A stretch of 64,000 bases of DNA from Neocallimastix sp. 'constans' (lineage: Eukaryota), in the NCBI GenBank assembly GCA_050613775.1, contig JBODTK010000130.1, positions 248,001-312,000 on the forward strand. Direction: 5' to 3'. Shown in pieces: positions 12,660 through 26,710 of the stretch (the first letter of the stretch is position 1; every line of letters starts with the position of its first letter). A model generated the notes under the pieces. It was not told the DNA's origin. It worked only from the letters and a program-made list of their open reading frames with translations, and searched no databases. Made by a program: the position numbers and the translations under genes.

Positions 12660-13581
12660 AAAATGTTTTATTAAAAAAAATTTATTTTTATTTTAGTATT
12701 AATCTTTATTTATTTAATAATTAATTTTGTTTAAATTAATAAAATAATTGTTAAAACTAATAAAATAATAAAATGGAATATTTATTATTTATACTAATTT
12801 ATTTTAAATTTTAATAATAAAATTGATTATTAATAACTAATAAAATATATATAATAATTTATCAAAATAATTAATAATCATAAAAATTGATTATTAAAAA
12901 CTAATAAAATATCTATAATAATTTATTAAATAATTAATAATCATAAAAAATTGATTATTAAAACTAATAAAATATTTATAATAATTTATTAACTAATTAA
13001 TAATAAAGGATAATTTATAAGAAATATTTACATGTTTTTATATTTTTCTTTGATTTTAAACTATTTACATTAAAAATAATAAAATTAATAAAAGAGAAAT
13101 AAAGAATAATTTATTATTAAATTAAACAATATTTACAATTAAAATGTTTATAAAGATGAATTTTAAAATGTTATTTTAATTACAATTTGTTTATAAAAGT
13201 TGAGTTATAAAATAAATAAAATAATCATTATTTTAAATAAAAGTAACTTAAAAAATTATTTAACTATTTAATTTTAATTTTGCGTTGTTTATAAGTTTGT
13301 TTATTTGTTGTTTATAATTTATTAAATATGTTTATTATTTTGTTTATTTGTTGTTTTAGAAAAATATTATTTATTAATTTATTTTAGTTTTTAATTAAAA
13401 TTATTAATGATTAATTAATTTATTATTATTTTATTTTAATTATCTTTATTTAATTAATTTTTCTTAAATATGGATTTAATTTTTTTTTTAGAATGGATTA
13501 ATTTTTGGGTTAAGCTAGAAAACTTTAACATGAATTTGTTTTTTATTATTTATTTTAATTTAATAATTTTGTTATTTATCA
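12660..13581 (-). repeat. Probable degraded LTR, outermost unit of the Trp(+) stack (left end uncertain)
   Basis: Minus strand starts TGATAAAT three bases after the end of element 2; contains a ~58-bp tandem repeat at about 12820-13010. Confidence 0.4.
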
Positions 13582-14237
13582 AAATGGTACGTTATTTTTA
13601 TATATTGTACCTTTTATATGATTTGGGGAAAGCAAGTTGTAAAACTATAAAATAATATATTCTAATAAAAGAAATAAATAAAAAAATTATAACACAAAAT
13701 TAATAATAAATTTTAATAAATAATAATGTGTTACTTTTAAGTCTTTATTTTATTTATAAGTTTTGTTCTTTAAATAAGTACATTTAAATTTATTATAACT
13801 TTATTATATCTTTAAATTTATATTTTAATAATAATATTAACCAAAATATCCTAAATATTTATTCACCCGAATAAATATTTTATAATTCCTATTCTAACTA
13901 TTATATTCTTTAAAGATATTAAATTATTAAGTTCCTCCTTTGTTAATATTTTATCTTTCACTTATTTTTATACTATAATTTATCTTAATTCTTATTGGTT
14001 ATCTATTAATTAAAATTATTTTTATTAATATTATATTTTATATACTAATTAAACCTTATACCTATTATAATAAAATAACTAAAGAATTATTTATTTTCTT
14101 ATATTTTTAATAATTTATTCTATTTTAGTGAGTAACGTACCAAGACGCCCCCACTTTGTCTAGACTTCGTCCCTTGAAGTCGTGATTTATGGATATAATG
14201 GATAAAATTAAAAAAAAAATGTTATTATATTCTTTAA

Positions 14238-14296
<59 letters not shown>

Positions 14297-14375
14297 TTAT
14301 ATATATACAATTTCATACAGTAATGTACATGTATACATTACATATATGTAATTTATACTATATTGTATATGCATA

Positions 14376-14438
<63 letters not shown>

Positions 14439-15119
14439 GTAAGTAAATTGTAAAATTATGTTATATTGTTTATAAAATTTTATAAAATTATATACTTGTT
14501 TACTAATTTAAAATTTAATTTATATATATTCTGTCTATATATTTTTGTATATTTTAATATTCTATTTTACTATTCTATTTTACTATTCTATTTTACTATT
14601 CTATTTTACTATTCTATTTTACTATTCTATTTTACTATTCTATTTTACTATTATATTTTACTATTCTATTTTACTATTATATTTTACTATTATATTTAAC
14701 TATTATATTTTACTATTATAATCTATTATTATATTTTTATTATATTTTATTATTTATATCTAATAAAAGAAATTACTGGATTAGAAATGTGAATTAATTT
14801 ATTAAACTTTTCAACAATAGCTAAATGTTTATTTTTGTAAGTTGAAATTCAAACGCGTTTTTTTTTTTTTTTTTTTTTTTTTGTCGTTATCTATATTCTG
14901 AAAATTATATAATTGTATTATTTATCTATCTCTATAATTTTTTTTTTAAAGCGTGTTATTGTCAGGAAGTTATAGGTTGTATTAAAATAAATTTTTTTTT
15001 TTTTTTTTTTTTTTTTTGATAAAAACCATATTTATTTTATATATATTATTTTTTAATTTATAATTGATAATAAATATTAATAAATAAAAAAAAATTCTTA
15101 TGTAAATATTATTATTATT

Positions 15120-16904
15120 ATTATTATTATTATTATCACTTATACTATTATCACTATTATCAACTTCATTATTATTGTTATATATAATATTTATTGTTTC
15201 TTTAGGTTTATCAGAAGTTTCCAATCTAGACAGGGCATCAGCTATGACATTCTTCCTCCCCTCTTGATATTCGACTTTAACATTCAAGATAGATTTAGCA
15301 TTTGGAATTAAATAAATTCTATGTGGTAATAATTTAGAAGTTCCAAGGTCATCAGTCTTCACAGCTAATATGTCTTTAAAAATTTCGAATAGCTTTTTTA
15401 TAGAGTTCTTATGTTCACTAGGTACAGCATTAATAATATCATTTATTAGATTTTCTTTAACATTAATAGTTTGTTCTAATTGTTTATCTTTATTCTGAAT
15501 AACTATAGTAAGTAGTAAGGGTGTAGATGCATTTTTGTTTTCTTTATTAATTTCTTCTCCTGAGTCAATTGGATTTTTCAGATTAATATCGTAGTAAAGG
15601 TCAGCTAATTTCTTGCAAGTATTATCTTCATTAATATAATATAATGAGTCATTAACTAGGTTAATATCAAACCTATTTTTCTTTAATGAATCAACTCCAA
15701 TTAGAATGTCGAAAAGGTCATCTTTTTCAATTACTCTAAAATAATCTTGGAAAGTCTTGTCTCCTATAGTTATTTCTAGCTCATATATTTCGGATTCAAT
15801 CGTCGAGTTTGAACAAGCTTGAAAAATAGTTTCTGAGATTCTTCCTATGGCAGGTTTGTTTATATTATATTTTTCTAAAGCAGATCTCGTAATAGCATTA
15901 ACACTAGCGCAAGTATCTAAAAATATCTCACAATTGGTATTTTCAACTTTTCCTTTTACTTTAATTATTTTAAATTTATTAACTATTGTCATCACATTAT
16001 TAATAGCATTACTTTTAGGAGTAAGCTTCAAAGCTTTACTAAATGCTGTTCTGAATTTTGGGAATAGATCAAGTAAGTATCCTAATTTAGTAATAACTTC
16101 AGTAGATGCAACTTCTTTTAATAGATCTTGTATTAAATAATCATCAAATTGTTCTATTAATTTAATATGTTTTTCATTAGATTCTTTGTTGTTACTTAAT
16201 GAAGGTGGAGATTTCTTTGCATTTTCAATAATATCTTTAATTCTTTCTTCATAATTGTTTCTTTTACTCGTTCTAATATTCTTCTCGGCTATAATTGAAG
16301 GATCTAAGTACTCCAATTTTTCGGTTTGATTACTATTAGAGGTAGTTTTATTATTTTTATCTAAAGTAGTATTCTTATCTACTGTATTTGTAGACTTATT
16401 TTTATTAATTTCATTATTTGGTATACCATCTTCAATATCATCTTTAATCATAATTACATTTTCAATTGGTAAAGTATTAGTTTCCATATTTTGATCCTTT
16501 TGGTTATGCACCTTTTTTTCTTCATCAAGACAAGCATCATATTTGTTGTTATGTCTCATAGCCGCTGTTTGAATCGGCGTCGGATTATTCTTTAATGTAT
16601 CATTGGATTTCTCTTTATTATAAGGAATGGAACTTACGTTTTTTTCTTTTTGTTTTCTGACAGCTGGTGCAAGAACTTCAATTGGTTTATTAATATGTAA
16701 AGGTTGATAATTTGATATTGATTTATTATGGTTATTCATATTATTATTATTAATATATTTATTATTAATATTGTTACTATTATTATTAATATTGTTACTA
16801 TTATTATTAATATTTCTATTATGATGATAACAATTATTAGCATTGTCTTCCATGTGGTTGGTTTGTTTACTGGAAGTTATCCTTCTCCCATTTAGTGGTT
16901 TAAA
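15120..16904 (-). pseudogene. pol: Internally deleted pol (protease retained; RT, RNase H and integrase missing)
   Basis: FLDTCAS protease, then ...HRIYLIPNAKS joins directly to ILNVKVEYQEGRKNVIADALSRL (end of RNase H); no integrase before the 3' LTR. Confidence 0.9.
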
Positions 16905-18073
16905 GATTTGTTGATCATTCCCCTTTCTTCCATTTCCGCTAATTGTTTGAACGAATAGGGGCAGTTTGAAGCCTTGTGCCCATTTTGGAAACAACGGAAA
17001 CAAGTAGTTTTCCTATTTTGGTAGTCTTTATTAAAACTTTTATTATATTCCTTATTTGGAATAACCCCTGGATTTCTATTTATGGTAGTTGTAAGTATAT
17101 TAGCATCAATACCGTTATTATTGTCATATGCGTTACTATTTTGAGAAACTGCGGTAGCTATATTGTTGGTATTGTTATCGTTACTAATATTATTGTTTTT
17201 ATAATTGTAATTAGAGTTATTATTATTTTGTATTCTATTAGGTAAATAATTATAATTATAGTTGTTGTTATCCATGATATTATTCATATTTTGATTGACA
17301 TTAGTATTATAATTATTATTGAGGTTCATAAATCTTGAACCATTACTAAAGTTTCGGTTATTCCTTCTAAAAGGTGGACGAAAATTATTATTGTAAATAT
17401 TTCTATTAGTACTTTGATTTATATTATGTTTATAAGAAGGTTCTCCATAAAAATTCTGATAAAATGGGTGATTCATTATAGGACTATCCAAATTTTGCAC
17501 GAACATTAAATTAGATCTATTCTTATTATTATCTTGCCCAATATTACTGATTATTTCTTTTTCAGCTTCTTCGGATACTTCAGCTACCTTAAAAGCTTCA
17601 GATAAAGTTTCGCATTCGGTTGTCATAACTCTTGAACAAGGAAAGACCCGTGTACTTATAGCAGTAGTATAGTCCTTTATTGAAATTAATTTTTGATATT
17701 CTCTTGGTAGGCCTTTATATAATATTTTGTATCTATGATTAAATTTTTTTATAGTTTCTTTATTATTAATTTTTAATGATTTTAATACTGCACATTTATC
17801 ATTAGGTGTGATGTGCAAGTACTCCTCAACGGCAGCTTGGATTTCTTTGAAGCTGGGATATCTAACTTCGTTTCCATTCTTACTTTTTAAAGAGTTTAAG
17901 GCCCCATGCATGTCTTCTTCGACTGCTTCTTTGGCCCAGACAAAAATTCTTCTTGGTTCCACAACATCGTAGAGCTCCATCACTCTGACGAATTCATGCA
18001 TCCATCCATCAACATCTTTTCCATAGTCGATGAGATTTGGTAATGCTTTCTGTAATTTGGCAGCGTCAATCAT
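16892..18073 (-). CDS. gag: Gag with CCHC zinc knuckle (element 2)
   Basis: CFRCFQNGHKASNC; intact 393-aa ORF homologous to element 1 Gag. Confidence 0.92.
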   Translation of the reverse strand: MIDAAKLQKALPNLIDYGKDVDGWMHEFVRVMELYDVVEPRRIFVWAKEAVEEDMHGALNSLKSKNGNEVRYPSFKEIQAAVEEYLHITPNDKCAVLKSLKINNKETIKKFNHRYKILYKGLPREYQKLISIKDYTTAISTRVFPCSRVMTTECETLSEAFKVAEVSEEAEKEIISNIGQDNNKNRSNLMFVQNLDSPIMNHPFYQNFYGEPSYKHNINQSTNRNIYNNNFRPPFRRNNRNFSNGSRFMNLNNNYNTNVNQNMNNIMDNNNYNYNYLPNRIQNNNNSNYNYKNNNISNDNNTNNIATAVSQNSNAYDNNNGIDANILTTTINRNPGVIPNKEYNKSFNKDYQNRKTTCFRCFQNGHKASNCPYSFKQLAEMEERGMINKSLNH

Positions 18074-18829
18074 GATAAATAGAATTTATTAAAAAAAAGT
18101 AATATAAAATAGTTATATTTATTTATAATATAATAATTGTTTTGTAAAAAAAAATGAAGAAACAAAAAAAATAAAAATTGTTTTATAATAATACAATAAA
18201 TGCTTTTGTACTATAAATATATAAAATAAAAAAATGAATGAATTAAAGTAAAGTAATTTCTCTTATTATTTTCATATTATTTTATCTTGCTTCCGCCCGG
18301 ATTCTCCACCAATTTTGTTACGTTATTTTTATATATTGTACCTTTTATATGATTTGGGGAAAGCAAGTTGTAAAACTATAAAATAATATATTCTAATAAA
18401 AGAAATAAATAAAAAAATTATAACACAAAATTAATAATAAATTTTAATAAATAATAATGTGTTACTTTTAAGTCTTTATTTTATTTATAAGTTTTGTTCT
18501 TTAAATAAGTACATTTAAATTTATTATAACTTTATTATATCTTTAAATTTATATTTTAATAATAATATTAACCAAAATATCCTAAATATTTATTCACCCG
18601 AATAAATATTTTATAATTCCTATTCTAACTATTATATTCTTTAAAGATATTAAATTATTAAGTTCCTCCTTTGTTAATATTTTATCTTTCACTTATTTTT
18701 ATACTATAATTTATCTTAATTCTTATTGGTTATCTATTAATTAAAATTATTTTTATTAATATTATAATTTTATATACTAATTAAACCTTATACCTATTAT
18801 AATAAAATAACTAAAGAATTATTTATTTT

Positions 18830-19483
18830 TGTCAAAGTTTTTAGATAATTTGGTCTTAACGATTAGGTCAAGATGCCAAATTATAGTAATTAATTAATAA
18901 CTTAAATTTACTCTTATTTAAAACATATTGTTATTAGTAAATTTATAATTAAGTTTTTTATTTAAAATATAAATTTTATTTAATCTTAATAATATTTTAT
19001 TACATTATTATTTTATATAATTATTACTATAATTTAAATTACAATAATCCTACAAAGGATTAATCAAAAGAATTTAAACATGTATTTATATAAAATAATT
19101 AATTATTAAAATATTAATCATTAATATGAATATGTAAATAATATTAATATAAGTTTGATATTGATAATATAAAGTTAGATAATAATATAAATATTTAAAA
19201 TAAAATATAAGAATTAAATATTGCTAAATATTATATTTTATAATTAAAATATAATATGTAGAAATTAATTTAATATGACAATCACGTGTTTACATTATTT
19301 AATATATATTAAATTCAATATGTTAATAATATTTAGTAATTAGTTGGCCTAGACTAATTCCTAAATATTTTAATAAAGTTAATTTAATAATAATTATTAT
19401 ATTATTATTTTTTAATATTGAAATTCAAATAACTGAATTATTGAAATTGAAATTGAAATTGAAATTCAGTTATTATCTTAACA
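18830..19483. mobile_element. Solo LTR (family F) inserted in the 5' LTR of element 2
   Basis: TGTCAA...TTAACA ends, TSD ATTTT (18825-18829 and 19484-19488); removing it restores the 13585-14142 LTR sequence; right end related to 37854-38589 inverted. Confidence 0.9.
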
Positions 19484-20369
19484 ATTTTCTTATATTTTTA
19501 ATAATTTATTCTATTTTAGTGAGTAACGTACCAAAAATGTTAAGGTTTTAGAGAATTAAATAAAAATAAAGTAAGAAACACAAATTTTATTTATTTATTT
19601 ATTATTTTTATTTATAAATTTATTTGATTTTATTTCATGATATTTAAAAATTAGTAGCAAAATTTACAACTATTTATACTTTTTTTTCAAGGCATAAAAG
19701 TTGTTCTTGCCACTAAATTACATTTTATTTATTTTTTTTTTATAAAAACTATTAAATTTAAATTGAGTTTTATAATCAATTATATAAAATTTAATTATAA
19801 CAATATAAATAAAATACATTTATAATATTAATAAAACATTTTTTTTTTTTTTTTTAAAAAAATATCTAAAATATTACTAATAAGAATTTATTTAATTGGC
19901 TATAAATTTTATTACAATCTGTTAAAATATTCAAATAAAAATAAAAATACTATTCTAATATAAAGGTTTTTAATAAAATAAAATATTTTTCAATATAAAA
20001 TAAAACATTTCGATATAAAATTTTATAATAAAAGTTAAAATATAATATATAAATTTTTAATTATCAATATATAAAAAAATATTATTAATACAAATTTTAA
20101 TTATTAATATAAAAATATAAAAAAATAAGATTTATTATTAATATTGCTAATATTAATTTTAAATATATAAAAATATTACTATTAATATAAGATTTAATAT
20201 AAAAATATAAAGTTTAATATAATTTTTGATTTAATTTTTGATCTTTGGATTTAAAAATTTATTAAAGTACAAAAATAATAATGTACACATAATGTATTAG
20301 AAATAAATCGTAGATTTAATTAAGAATGCATTATTTAGTACATTCTTATCAAGATGCCCCGACGAAGAC

Positions 20370-23300
20370 TCAAGCTTCTCTGTAAGCGGAGTTAAACTTT
20401 ACTAAATTTTTAAAGTGAACATTCCTATCGAGTTGCTTTCCAGTCTTCTGATCGATTAGGGTTGCCGTGTTGAATTGAAGTTTTAAAATTTTAAATGGTC
20501 CATTGTAATATGGTTCTAGCTTAGTGCGGCTAAAGTTTCTAACAAGAACAAGATCACCAGCCTTTAATTCTTTTCCTTTTTTCATACTTATTTGTTCTTC
20601 TCGTCTTGTTGCCCAATACTTGTTAGCATTTTTCACATTTTCGCATGCTTCTCTAGTCCATTGATAATGACGAACAAATTTTTCCATTAAAATTTCATCA
20701 TATGATTTACCTGCATTTTCAATTGTTCTTATGGCTATATCATAAGGCTGTTGGTCTTCTCTTCCATATACTAATTCAAAACTAGAATGTCCAGTAGCTG
20801 TATTTTTGGTAGTTCGAAGTGCCCATAAAGCAGAAGGTAAAACTTCATCCCAATCTTGATTTTTCCTTCCTAATAAACGAAGTAATTTTCCAATTTCTTT
20901 ATTTCGGTTTTCAGTGAGACCATTGGATTCAGGGTGATAAGTAGCTATGAATTTTACATAAACGTCGTAAAGGTCAAGAAAGATTTTTGTCATGTCAGAG
21001 GTGCATTGGGCTCCATTATCGGTGGTAATAACTTGAGGCACACCATGTCTTGCAAAAACATTTATTAAAAATTTAATTATATCAGAGGAAGTTATGTTTT
21101 CAGTGGGTTCGGCTTCAACCCATTTGGTAAAGTAATCAACAGTTACTATAATATATTGATTATTATTTCTTGTTTTTGGTAACGGTCCTATAATATCTAA
21201 TCCTAAATGCACAAAAGGACCCTCCACTTTAGTTGGATGGTTTTCGGTTGGTTCTGGATATGGTTGAGGACGATTTAACTGGCATTTTTCACAATTACTA
21301 ACAATTCTTTTGATATCTTTAATCATATGATTCCAATAAAAGTTTTTCTTAAGTCTTTGATATGTTTTGTAATATCCTTCGTGGCCAATATTATGAGCTT
21401 CTAAAATTAATTTAAATTTTTTATTTTCATCCGTTATTAATTTTCTATAATTTCCATTGTCGATAAAGTAATCTTCACCATCAATAACAGTAAACTTTTC
21501 ATTAATAAATTCCTTTATAACTTTAGATAATAATTCTTCATTATTTCCATTAGTAATTTTTGTTAATAATATCTTTCTCTCTTCCTTACTTTTCATCCTT
21601 GAAAGAGCATCAGCTAACACATTCTTTTTGCCTGATTCATATTTTATATTAATTCCAAGCATACTAGCGGTTAGACACCATCTTGTTTGCCTTGCATTCA
21701 AAGGTTCTTTATTCTTAAATAAACCAACTAATGGTTTATGATCTGTGTAAATAGTTGTAGGTGATGGGTTTCCTTCAATATAAGATTTAAATTTAGTCAT
21801 ACAGTAAAATAAAGCTGTTCCTTCCAAATCTGTGATACCATAATTCTTTTCAGCTTTCTTCAAACTTCTACTTATAAAGTGTATTGGATGCTCCTTACCG
21901 GTTTCTTCTTCTTTTTGTAAAAGAACTCCACCAATTCCATTATACGAAGCATCAGTTCTAATGATAAAAGGTTTGTCAAATGACGGAAATTTTAAAATAG
22001 GTGCATTGATTAATTTTTCTTTTAGGAGTTCAAAGCTTTCTTGTTGTTCTTTATTCCATTCATATTTAGTATTCTTTTTCAATAATTTACATAAAGGTGA
22101 GGTAATTTGAGCATATTTAGGGATAAAGTCACGATAATACCCTATTGCTCCTAGAAATGATCTTAATTCATGAATTGATGAAGGGGCTTCCCACTTCTTA
22201 ATAGCTGTTATTTTACTTTTCATAGGACTTAATCCTTTAGGAGTAAGTTTGTGACCTAATACATCAACTTCAGTTTGAAGAAAATGGCACTTTTCAATAT
22301 TAATTTTTAACTTGTTTTCTTTAAATACTTCTAATACTTGTTTAATATGAATTAAATGTTCTTCGATACTTTTTGAATAGATCAAAACATCATCAATAAA
22401 TACATAAACAAATTCACCAATAAAAGGGAATAAAATTTTATTCATTTCTCTTTGGAAGGTTGAGGGAGCTCCAGTAAGTCCAAAAGGCATAACCTTAAAT
22501 TGATAATTTCCAAACTTAGTAGTGAAAGTGGTTACTTCAACGCTTTCTTCATCCATTAAGATTTGGTGAAAACCAGAAAATAAATCAAGAGTTGTAAATA
22601 TTTTAGCTCCTCCGAGACTATCAAAAATTTCATCTATATATGGAACTGAATAAGAATCTTTTTCTGTCATATCATTGACTTTTCGGTAGTCAATGCACAA
22701 GCGCCACTTTCCATTGTGTTTTAGAATAAGTACTACTGGAGATGACCATTCTGAACAGGATGGTTCTATCAATCCTTTCTTAATAAGCTTTGTAAGTTCT
22801 TCTTTTAAGATATCTGATTTTAATTTAGTTAACCTATAACTTCTTAATTTTACTGGCTTTGAATTTGCTTTTAAACGGATCTTATGTGGTGAAAGTTTAG
22901 AAGGAGTTAGTTCTTCTGTTGAAGTGGCAACTATGTCAATCATTTCTTTGAGAATTTTAATAATTTGTTCTTTATAATCTTTATTTAAGGTACTTAAAAA
23001 TTCATCACTCTCAATAAATTCCATTGGAGTTAATTCCTTTATAATTTCCTTTTCATTATTCGTTTCTTTAACTTTTCTAATAGTGCAAATTATACTTTCT
23101 TCATCATAATATTGATTATTTATTTTAGCTATTTCTTCGTATTCACTTTCTGACAAAAGTTTACATAAACTGTTTAAGGTCGGATGAATAAATAAACAAT
23201 GATCGATTGTAAAGATATTATTAATATCTTTATAAATTTTAATTAAATTTAATCATAAATTTAAGTAAAATTGAAATAAATCTATTAAAAATCACGTGTA

Positions 23301-25158
23301 TAAAATTATTGCAAATAATTTTAAACAAAACTTCGACTTCTTCCCAATCATATTAATAAATTAAAAATTTCTCTTGTGAAACTAGTAATTGAAAATCATT
23401 TCTTTTTATGTAATTTAATTTAAATAATAAGAGTTAAGGTTTTTTACAAGATAAATTAACAACATGAAACTATGCAATTAGTCATGTTGAAACTTACGGC
23501 ATTTTATGCTAAATTTATATTAAATAATTATGACAACTTTTATATTATTTTAAAATAGAAAATATATAATAAATTTACTAATAATATTTAAATAATAAAT
23601 AAATAATAAATGAACTCAATTAGAATTGATTATATTTATTTTAGTTATTAATTATAATTCTCTTTATTTAGTAATAGTTAATTATTTATTATTAGTTTAG
23701 GTTAGTATTGTTTTTAAATAAATAGTTAGATAATATAATTCAATAGGAATTATATATTCTAAATGTAATAAGATAAAAATATAAATAGTTAACCAAATTT
23801 CATGTATTTTAATCGATGTAATTGTTATTAACGATTTATTGTTAATAACACTAATAATTAATAAAGATTATTTTAAAATCTAAATATAATAAAACTTATT
23901 TGTTTATAGAACATTTTTGTGTTATTTAGTGTTATTATAATTTTTGACTTATAATCTATTTTTTAAATCAAAACTTTATATCGATTTGAGTTTTAAAGTT
24001 TATTAACATATCATAAAATGAGTCTTCTTTCTCAATAATTCTAAAGTCCGCATTAAATTCATAATTATTAATTTTTACTGGTAATCGAACAATAATTCCT
24101 TCCGAGTATTCTTCATCTTGTGTTGCTAGTTGGATTCTTCCACGACTTTTTCCAACTGTTTCATATTCACCAGGTAATTTATCAAAATACTGCTTAGTAA
24201 CGATGCTTAGGTTACTACAAGAATCAATTAAAAGTTTTCCTAGTACTCCGTCAACACTTGCATCAACCATTGCTAAGTCTTCTTCGGCTACTTCATTACT
24301 TTTACTTATGTAGCTATGATCATAGTTATTCACTAATAAAGTTCGTGCTATTACATTGTCTACAGTTCCAATTATTTTAGATTTTTCTAACTTTAAACCT
24401 TGAGTTAATTGTGAACGAATTTTCGGACATGCATTCAAGAGTTGACCTATCGTAATACTGGATTTAAGATTATTTAAATCATCCATAATATTGTAAGGTT
24501 CTTTATTATTCATCATTTTGATATTCCTTTTTACTAACTGAGTATTTTCATTATTAGTTTCTTTAGTTTTTGTTGAAATTAATTTTTCCAAAGTATTAGT
24601 TTTATTTTGTTGATTATCTTTATTCATTTCTAGATCTTCTATTTCATTATCGATTACAAGTATATCTTCAGATTCAACTTTTTCCTTTCCTTTTGATGAA
24701 TAATTGTTGTTTTCTTCTTTACTTTCTCTTACTCTTGTTATATTTCTTAATTCCTTTTCTTTTTGTTTTTCTTTGTTAATATTTGGTTGAGTTAAAATTG
24801 AAGGAAGTATTTGATTTTTATAAACTTTATTTGGTTTATTATGTAGCTCATTTTCTTTCTTCTTTCTTAAAGCAGGAGTTGCGAAAGGACGTGGATTATC
24901 TTTTAAACTTTTATGTACTTTCTTGGAATTACTTTCTTCTTTTTCGCTGTTATTATCATTCATTTTTCTTTTTATAGCATTTATAATGATATCATCCTCA
25001 CTTTCAGTTGTGTCACTAAAATCAAATTCTTCAGATTCTTCATTAAAGAAATTATTATCAATTGGAGTATTCTTAGTAAAAGTATTATTTTGTAAATTAT
25101 TTAATGAAGCTATTGTTTTGTCATTGGGAGTGCTTCTGCTCCCATTTAGAAGTTTAAA
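20370..25158 (-). pseudogene. pol: pol of element 3 (PR-RT-RH-IN) interrupted by a solo LTR
   Basis: -1 frame open from T TTA AAC (25152-25158); LIDSCSN protease; rejoining across 23208-23980 gives ...KTQIDHCLFIHPTLNSLC...; RT MPFGL and FIDD; integrase ending YYNGPFKI. Confidence 0.92.
23208..23980. mobile_element. Solo LTR inserted in element 3 pol
   Basis: TGTAAAG...CTTTATA termini, TSD TCGAT (23203-23207 and 23981-23985). Confidence 0.88.
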
Positions 25159-26057
25159 GACTTTTTGGAATATATTTCTTTTTTATTTTTTTCCATAATC
25201 TTATTTAATTGAGGGCAATAGTATGAGTAATGACCTTCTTCCTTACAGAAGAAGCAAGTTTTAACAGATAAATTTCTCATTTTCTGGGTTGATTCTTCTA
25301 TAATATCTTGAGGTTTCGGTTTATTATTTGTTTGACTTGTTTGGAAATTTTCGTTTCTTCTTTTAGGATAAAGTCTTGAAGTAGTACTGTTTTGATTATT
25401 TTGATTATGCTGGGAATTATTAACATTATAGGTATTAATATTATTGTTCCTTACAGAAAGTCTATCTACTTTCTCGGCAATTTTGAAAGCTTTCTCCATA
25501 CTTATATCATCTTTAAGGGATAATTTCTTCCAGGCTTCATAATTATTTTGAATAGAATCAATATAATCTAGTACACCAATGCGCTTTCTTCTCTTTTTAT
25601 CAAGTTTAGTGTACAAAGTTCTATATCTTACATTAAAGTCTTTAATCTTTTCGTTTCTTTTAATTCGCATTGCACGAAGTTCTTTAAGAAGTAAATTTTG
25701 GTCTTCTTTAATACCGTAAAAATTTTCAAGACTTGAAATAATTTTTCCAAGAGAAGGAAATTTAATATCATCATCAACATTTTCTTCTTCATCATCTTCT
25801 TCTTCTTCATCTGATGAATCATCACTTTCATCATCACTATCTTCTCCCAAATCTTCAATAACGCGTTGTACTTCACCAGAGCTGGTAAGTAAACAAGCAT
25901 TAAATATTGTTTCTGGATCTGTAATACCTTGTATCTTGATCCAAAGTTTTAATTCAGTAGCCCAGGACTTAATATCTAAATTGTCCTTGCTAAGTTTCAC
26001 AATATCTCTTAATTCTTTTTTCAATTCTTTAAAGCTCAAAGTTGTTTCCTTGGACAT
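25146..26057 (-). CDS. gag: Gag with acidic tract and CCHC knuckle (element 3)
   Basis: Likely start MSKETTLSF at 26057; CFFCKEEGHYSYYC; homologous to the Gag at 45679-46575. Confidence 0.9.
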   Translation of the reverse strand: MSKETTLSFKELKKELRDIVKLSKDNLDIKSWATELKLWIKIQGITDPETIFNACLLTSSGEVQRVIEDLGEDSDDESDDSSDEEEEDDEEENVDDDIKFPSLGKIISSLENFYGIKEDQNLLLKELRAMRIKRNEKIKDFNVRYRTLYTKLDKKRRKRIGVLDYIDSIQNNYEAWKKLSLKDDISMEKAFKIAEKVDRLSVRNNNINTYNVNNSQHNQNNQNSTTSRLYPKRRNENFQTSQTNNKPKPQDIIEESTQKMRNLSVKTCFFCKEEGHYSYYCPQLNKIMEKNKKEIYSKKSLNF

Positions 26058-26550
26058 TTTGTTTAAATATTTCTTGTTGTATATTAATGAGGTGATTAAA
26101 TAAGAATAAATTTGGAAATACAACTTTAAAAATATAATTTAATAGGTAATTTAATATCGAATCAATTTTTAAAACAATATATTTTAGTAACTTTTGAAAA
26201 TAATAATTTTATTTGCTTTCTTTAGTAGATATAAGCTCGAAATCCTTATCGACAACTTAGTAGAAATTATAAAGCACGAGGTTCTTTTCGACTACTTTAT
26301 TAAGAATAATTTTTAAGTTTGAAATCTTTATCGACAACTTAATAGAATATTTTTCAAGCTCGAAATCTTTATCGACCACTTGAATTTTGTAATTTAGTAT
26401 ATTTGTAGTAATAAATTTAGAAGCAAAGTTTTATTTATTATTTTCACCTTTCAAAAATTTTTCTTTTTAAACGATAAATATTGTATTGTTATAGCTAATA
26501 AAATTATTAATTAATTATAATTATTAAACACAAAAAATAATCTTTATTGT

Positions 26551-26710
26551 CGTACAATCTGATAGTACACACTGTCTGACGTGCAGCTTACCTAATGGTG
26601 TCATGCCACGCGTGTGCCACGATTACTATATTCAATATAAAATATAGCAGTTCAGAGCCCACTAGCCCAATTACTATGTAGGATAAACTTAATCCGATAA
26701 TCTATGTACG
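26551..26710 (-). ncRNA. Conserved structured RNA cassette in the element 3 leader (copy A)
   Basis: Homologous to 53344-53508 with several compensatory base changes. Confidence 0.75.

Larger units (their letters stand above)
13585..19533 (-). mobile_element. Non-autonomous Ty3/gypsy (element 2): gag plus protease only
   Basis: 558-bp LTRs at 13585-14142 and 18316-19533 (the latter split by an insertion), AAAA flanks, PBS 18295-18311, G-rich tract at 14143-14157. Confidence 0.93.

Noticed and set aside
14560..14720. 13-bp tandem repeat (TATTCTATTTTAC)n and ORF 14466-14699
   Set aside because: Simple minisatellite in the element 2 3' region; the ORF is a by-product.
26231..26383. Spaced palindromic repeats as a CRISPR-like array
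   Set aside because: Eukaryotic retrotransposon leader, degenerate repeats, short irregular AT spacers and no cas genes.
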